64,000 nt of DNA, taken from an uncultured Desulfosarcina sp. GTDB taxonomy: Bacteria; Desulfobacterota; Desulfobacteria; Desulfobacterales; Desulfosarcinaceae. The stretch is from NCBI GenBank assembly GCA_963674945.2, contig CAXXWQ010000003.1:1536001-1600000 (forward strand), in the 5' to 3' direction. The position numbers and the translations under genes are program-made. Below are positions 59,416 to 64,000 of the stretch, piece after piece (the stretch's first letter is position 1; each line of letters starts with the position of its first letter). Below the pieces are notes generated by a model that was not told the origin of the DNA, did not search any database, and saw only the letters and a program-made list of their open reading frames with translations.

Positions 59416-60393
59416 ATGAAAAAGTTCATGAAAACAGTGACACTGGTTATGGTGGCAGCCGTACTGCTGGCAGCTCAGGTCCAAGCCGAGGAGATTGTAT
59501 TCGCCCACGGGGCCAACCCTGGCAATCCTCGTTATGATGCCGCAAACATGTTTGCGGAACTCGTGTCGATTTACTGCCCCGATCTGACCGTCAAGGTCGC
59601 TCCGTCGGCAACCATGGGAGACGATGCTGAAATGCTCACGTCCGCCAGTGCCGGCGTGATCGAAATGACCGCCAATTCCCAGGGGCCCATGGCCCAGATC
59701 GTTCCCGAAGTGGGCATGCTCGGCCTGCCGTTTTTGTTCAGCGGCCTTCCCAATGCCTGGGCGGTTCTGGATGGCGACATCGGCAAAATCATCGACGAGA
59801 AGGCACAAAAGGCCAATCTCAAGGTGATTACTTTTTGGGACAACGGCATCCGCCACGTGACCCATGTGAGTAAATTTATTGCCACACCGGCAGACATCAA
59901 GGGAATGAAAATTCGGGCCCCGCCGGACCAGGTGACCCTGGATATATTTAAGGCGCTGGGGGCCAACCCGGCTCCCCTTGCCTGGTCGGAGTTGCCAACG
60001 GCACTAAGAGCAGGCACCTTTGACGGACAGGAAAATCCCCTGACCAACATCTATTCTGCCAAGCTTCATGAAATTACGCCGTATATCACCCTGACCGGCC
60101 ACAAATATGAAGGGACGCCGATTGTTGCCGGTCTCGGTTGGTGGAAATCCTTGTCCAAAAAGCAGCAATCCTGCATCGAAACGGCCGCCAAGGAAGCCGG
60201 CTGGTATCAGCGGGGCCGCAGTCTGATGGACAATGCGAACTTGCAGAACGTGATGGAAAAAGAGGGCGCGAAGTTCAAGTCTGTCGACCAGAAGGCTTTT
60301 GCCGATGCCACGGCTTCGGTCTACACCAAGTACGAGAAGGAAATCGGGGATTTTGTCGGTAAACTGAAAAAGGCCGCCAGAGGCGGCAATTAA
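59416..60393 (+). CDS. dctP: TRAP transporter substrate-binding protein
   Basis: Signal peptide; LPFLF, WDNG.R, D.KGMKIR, LGANP..L.WSEL..AL..G..DGQENP. Confidence 0.93.
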   Translation: MKKFMKTVTLVMVAAVLLAAQVQAEEIVFAHGANPGNPRYDAANMFAELVSIYCPDLTVKVAPSATMGDDAEMLTSASAGVIEMTANSQGPMAQIVPEVGMLGLPFLFSGLPNAWAVLDGDIGKIIDEKAQKANLKVITFWDNGIRHVTHVSKFIATPADIKGMKIRAPPDQVTLDIFKALGANPAPLAWSELPTALRAGTFDGQENPLTNIYSAKLHEITPYITLTGHKYEGTPIVAGLGWWKSLSKKQQSCIETAAKEAGWYQRGRSLMDNANLQNVMEKEGAKFKSVDQKAFADATASVYTKYEKEIGDFVGKLKKAARGGN

Positions 60394-60410
60394 GCAAGGA
60401 TTGTAAGACC

Positions 60411-60935
60411 ATGTCCAAATTCTTACGTATTCTGCAATTGCTCATTACTTTCATCTATTGGACCGGGTCGGTCATCGTTGTCGCCACGATATCGTGCATG
60501 TTTCTGGCACTCTTCGTCAACGTGGTCTTGCGGTATGCGTTTGGAAGCGGCATTGCCTGGGCATACGAGATCCATAACATCCTGTTCCCCTGGCTGGTTG
60601 CCGGGGGAGCGGTGATGGCCGCCGCCAAAGGCAGTAACATTGCCGTCAGAGCAATGGTCGACGCGTTGCCATTGTTCGTACAGCGCATCGTGGCCGTCAT
60701 CGTCCATGGCTTTGTCTCGGTTTTGTGTGTTGGGGTTGTCTATTCGTCGAAACCCATCGTCAAGGCCGCACAATACAGTCATCTGGCGGAGACGGGAATA
60801 TCGCAGATGTATGGCTACTGGAGCCTGCTCTATGCCTTTTCGGCGATTGCATTGATTTCCGCATTTTTCATGGTTCGACTACTCATAGGGAAACAGGCGG
60901 ATGTGTCTGACCCCACAGCCGCCAGTTTCAGTTAG
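60411..60935 (+). CDS. dctQ: TRAP transporter small permease
   Basis: Four TM segments; NVVLRY.F...I.WA.E; lies between dctP and dctM. Confidence 0.88.
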   Translation: MSKFLRILQLLITFIYWTGSVIVVATISCMFLALFVNVVLRYAFGSGIAWAYEIHNILFPWLVAGGAVMAAAKGSNIAVRAMVDALPLFVQRIVAVIVHGFVSVLCVGVVYSSKPIVKAAQYSHLAETGISQMYGYWSLLYAFSAIALISAFFMVRLLIGKQADVSDPTAASFS

Positions 60936-60948
60936 GGGAGACCTCATT

Positions 60949-62205
60949 ATGAGCGGTATTCTTATATGGTTGTTTCCTCTCTTGTTGCTGGTATCCGTAC
61001 CGGTTGCGTTTGCGATGCTGGGTGCGTCAGGAATTATTTTAATGATCGACGGTAAGCCCTTGGCCGTTATCGCCCAGCGTCTGTACACACCGACCCAGAG
61101 TTTTCCCATGCTGGCGATCCCCTTTTTTATTCTGGCCGGCAGCTTGATGATGTCGGGACGCTTCGGTGAACATCTGGTGAATTTTGCAAAATTGATGGTC
61201 GGTCGCTTCCGGGGCGGCATGGCCCATGTCAGCATCGTCGGTTCGGTGATGTTTGGCGGTGTTTCCGGCTCGGCCGTGGCCGATGCCTCCGCACTCGGTA
61301 ACGCCTTGATACCGGTGCAGGTGAAAAACGGTATCAGTGCCGGCTTCGCCGGTGCCATCAATTCCGCCTCATCCACCATTTCGGTGCTGATTCCCCCGTC
61401 GATTCCACTGATTCTTTACGGGCTCGTATCCAACGAATCCATTGTCAACCTTTTCGTCGCGGGCATTCTGCCCGGTGTCATGTTAGGCGCCGGTATGCTT
61501 TTGCTCAGTGGGCTCATCGCCAACATAAGAAAACTACCCACGGCGGAAATCGAAGGCGGCTGGAAGAGTTTCCGCAAGGAGTTGGTGCATGCAGTGCCGG
61601 CGCTGTTCATGCCGGTCCTGGTGGTCGGCACACTGCGTTTCGGAATTGCCACACCGACGGAGGTGAGTGTTATTGCCGTCGCCTATGCCATCCTTGTGGC
61701 AGCGCTGATCTACCGTGATCTTACCTTGAGAACCCTGTTGTCGGCGATCACCGAAACCGGGATCATGACCGGTGCCGTCATGCTGATCATCATGGCCTCT
61801 TCGGTCATTCAGTGGATCCTGACCCGTGAACAAATTCCTCAGCAGCTGACCGTATGGCTGACGTCATCCATAAGTCAGCCGTGGATGATCATCCTTGCGT
61901 TGAACGCCATCATGCTTCTGGTAGGGACCTTTCTCGACCTTCCGGCTGCGATCTTGCTGCTCGGCCCTCTATTCACGAATATCGCCAATGCGATTGGACT
62001 CGATTTGGTGCAGCTGGGACTGGTGATGGTGGTTAACCTGGCAATTGGTCTTTACACACCGCCAGTCGGAACCACGCTGTTCATTTCATCAACGATTGCG
62101 AGAACACCCATCGGCGCGATTGTCAAAGAACTCATTCCGTTCTACCTTCTCGCCATCGGCGTGCTGGCCCTGATCAGCTATGTTCCGGCACTGTGCCTTT
62201 ACTAG
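60949..62205 (+). CDS. dctM: TRAP transporter large permease
   Basis: LAIPFFILAG, GGVSGSAVADA, IPPSIP, LF.AGILPG, TPTE, TPPVG. GGGAG RBS before ATG 60949. Confidence 0.94.
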   Translation: MSGILIWLFPLLLLVSVPVAFAMLGASGIILMIDGKPLAVIAQRLYTPTQSFPMLAIPFFILAGSLMMSGRFGEHLVNFAKLMVGRFRGGMAHVSIVGSVMFGGVSGSAVADASALGNALIPVQVKNGISAGFAGAINSASSTISVLIPPSIPLILYGLVSNESIVNLFVAGILPGVMLGAGMLLLSGLIANIRKLPTAEIEGGWKSFRKELVHAVPALFMPVLVVGTLRFGIATPTEVSVIAVAYAILVAALIYRDLTLRTLLSAITETGIMTGAVMLIIMASSVIQWILTREQIPQQLTVWLTSSISQPWMIILALNAIMLLVGTFLDLPAAILLLGPLFTNIANAIGLDLVQLGLVMVVNLAIGLYTPPVGTTLFISSTIARTPIGAIVKELIPFYLLAIGVLALISYVPALCLY

Positions 62206-62259
62206 TAAACCGTAGTTTATGATAACCCATTCATTCTTTTCAGAGTAAAGGAGTCTAAG

Positions 62260-63021
62260 ATGTTTCAACTGACTGACAAAACGGCCATCATCACAGGCGC
62301 AGGCTCTCCGCGGGGCCTTGGCCGGGCTATCGCTTTAGGGATGTCTCAGCAAGGCGCCAAAGTCGCGGTGTGCGACGTCGACCTGGAGGGGGTAGAGAAG
62401 GTGGCCGCCGAAATCCGAAAAAACGGTGGTGAGGCGTATGCCTGCCGGGTGGATGTGACCCGTCCCGATGAAATCGCAAAAATGACCGAAGACCTGCTCA
62501 AGCGTTGGGGGCACATCGACATCCTGGTGAACAATGCCGGCATTACCCAACGCACAACGGTTATGGAAATGACCGAAGAAGATTGGGACCGGGTGATCGA
62601 AGTGAACTTGAAAGGGACCTTTCTGTTCACGAAAGCCGTACTCCCAGCAATGATTTCCAAAAAATATGGCCGCATCATCAACATGGGGTCCGTCTCCGGA
62701 AAACGGGGGGGCGGTGTTTTTGGCGGAGCACATTACTCCGCTGCCAAAGGCGGCGTTCATGTCTTTGCCAAAGCACTGGCAAGGGAGGTCAGCCCGCTGG
62801 GGATTACCGTGAATTCAGTGGCACCGGGACTGATGGCTACCGATATTCGGGGTGGACTGGAAAGTCCCGAGGAGCAAGTCCGCATGTCCGCCGACATCCC
62901 CTGTCGACGGATGGGAACCCCGGAAGAGGTGGCCGCGGTGTTCTGTTTTCTCGCCTCTGACGAAGCCGCCTATATCACTGGTGAGGATATCGGTATCTCC
63001 GGTGGCGCGCACATGTATTGA
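62260..63021 (+). CDS. Short-chain dehydrogenase/reductase
   Basis: TGAGSPRGLG, NNAGI, YSAAK, VNSVAPG, FLAS..A.YITG. Confidence 0.93.
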   Translation: MFQLTDKTAIITGAGSPRGLGRAIALGMSQQGAKVAVCDVDLEGVEKVAAEIRKNGGEAYACRVDVTRPDEIAKMTEDLLKRWGHIDILVNNAGITQRTTVMEMTEEDWDRVIEVNLKGTFLFTKAVLPAMISKKYGRIINMGSVSGKRGGGVFGGAHYSAAKGGVHVFAKALAREVSPLGITVNSVAPGLMATDIRGGLESPEEQVRMSADIPCRRMGTPEEVAAVFCFLASDEAAYITGEDIGISGGAHMY

Positions 63022-63106
63022 TGGACCGATTGTCTCTAATTTTGCGCCTGGGACAGACAAAAGCCGTCGTCAGGCGATGGGAACCTATTCCGGAAAGGCA
63101 TGACGG

Positions 63107-63952
63107 ATGAACAATCCCGTGTTGATCAGCACGGCAGCCTTTGACGGCTACGATCTGGGCACAGCCATTGCGGAGATTGCCGCGGCAGGCGCAGACGGCG
63201 TGGAAGTCGCCTTTATCGAAGGCTACACCGATCCATTTACCGAAGAGACCTTCAGCCAGGCCTATGCCGATGAGATCCGCCAGCACCTGGCGGAGCATGA
63301 CACCTCCTGCCGCTCCTTTTCAGCCCACATGGATCTGACCAAACCCAATGCCGTGGAGATTTTCAAGCGGCGGATGGCGTTCGCCCGTATGATCGGGGCG
63401 GATACGATTATCACCAATGCCGCCCCCATGGCCAAAAAAGAGGAATTCATGACCAACATACGGGAACTGGGCCAAATCGCCCGATCACTGGGCATTATGA
63501 TCGGGCTCGAAAATCCCGGCGATGGGAAGGCCAATGTGATCGATACGGCGGAGAAGGCCGGTCCGGTCATTACTGAACTTGCTCTCGACCGGGTCGTTCT
63601 GAATTACGATTTCGGCAATTTGATCTCCCACTGCTTCGAAAAGGTCAAGCCCGAAGAGGATTATCGTCTCGCACTGCCGCAAACGGGACATTACCATATA
63701 AAAGACGTAGCACCATATGAACATGGCTGGGTATTCACAGCCATCGGAGACGGCATGATCGATTATGGGACCGTCCTCTCCGCCATTGCTCAGGATAAAC
63801 GAGAATTGAGTGTATCGCTGGAAATTCCGCTGCGCCTGAAAAGGGCTTCCGATGCCCGCCCCATCCGTTCCGAGGCGCCGGTAGCGCTGGAAACCATTCG
63901 CGAGGTGCTACGACGATCCATGAAATTTGTCCGTCAGGCCATGGCCGTCTGA
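63107..63952 (+). CDS. Sugar phosphate isomerase/epimerase family protein (xylose-isomerase-like TIM barrel)
   Basis: G.DGVE, GLENP, NYDFGN, HYHIKD, IGDG.IDY, SLEIP metal-binding motif series. Confidence 0.85.
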   Translation: MNNPVLISTAAFDGYDLGTAIAEIAAAGADGVEVAFIEGYTDPFTEETFSQAYADEIRQHLAEHDTSCRSFSAHMDLTKPNAVEIFKRRMAFARMIGADTIITNAAPMAKKEEFMTNIRELGQIARSLGIMIGLENPGDGKANVIDTAEKAGPVITELALDRVVLNYDFGNLISHCFEKVKPEEDYRLALPQTGHYHIKDVAPYEHGWVFTAIGDGMIDYGTVLSAIAQDKRELSVSLEIPLRLKRASDARPIRSEAPVALETIREVLRRSMKFVRQAMAV

Positions 63953-63975
63953 CGAACCGCTAAAAAGGAGTTCTC

Positions 63976-64000
63976 ATGCAAAGAATAATCAACGACCCCA
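63976..64000 (+). CDS. Start of a probable dihydroxyacetone kinase DhaK-like protein (only 8 codons visible)
   Basis: AAGGAG RBS then MQRIINDP, resembling the DhaK M.K.IN.P N-terminus; fits the operon context. Confidence 0.45.

Overview
64-kb window from a GC-rich anaerobic deltaproteobacterium; the gene content suggests Desulfobacterales (Desulfosarcina-like), which is an inference. Contents in order: nitroreductase and MarR with a perfect operator; a GH84-like lipoprotein; exported MsrAB; an FAD/Fe-S oxidoreductase; an operon of Xis-HTH response regulator, divergent MetF, HdrC/CCG selenoprotein, HdrL-type HdrA, MvhD selenoprotein and PAS kinase. In that operon the two in-frame UGAs, which the ORF track treats as stops, each carry the same SECIS-like hairpin at identical spacing. 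Next come a CheX fragment, a PilZ protein, murB, and a tandemly duplicated, partly decayed signalling cluster interrupted by a complete IS4 element (17-bp IRs, 10-bp target duplication). These are followed by an amidase, acetoacetate-CoA ligase, Csp, ZupT, and a metal/cofactor uptake island (molybdate-binding-type regulator, two methyltransferases, FecCD-type ABC transporter, collapsed radical SAM gene, TonB receptor). The window ends with an aldehyde dehydrogenase, a hybrid kinase and a GntR-controlled split-transketolase/TRAP/SDR/isomerase/DhaK catabolic cluster. Four intergenic copies of a related 45-140 nt palindromic element are present, two of which show apparent compensatory base changes. 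No rRNA, tRNA or CRISPR array was recognised. All calls are by eye from sequence and translation; no database searches were run.
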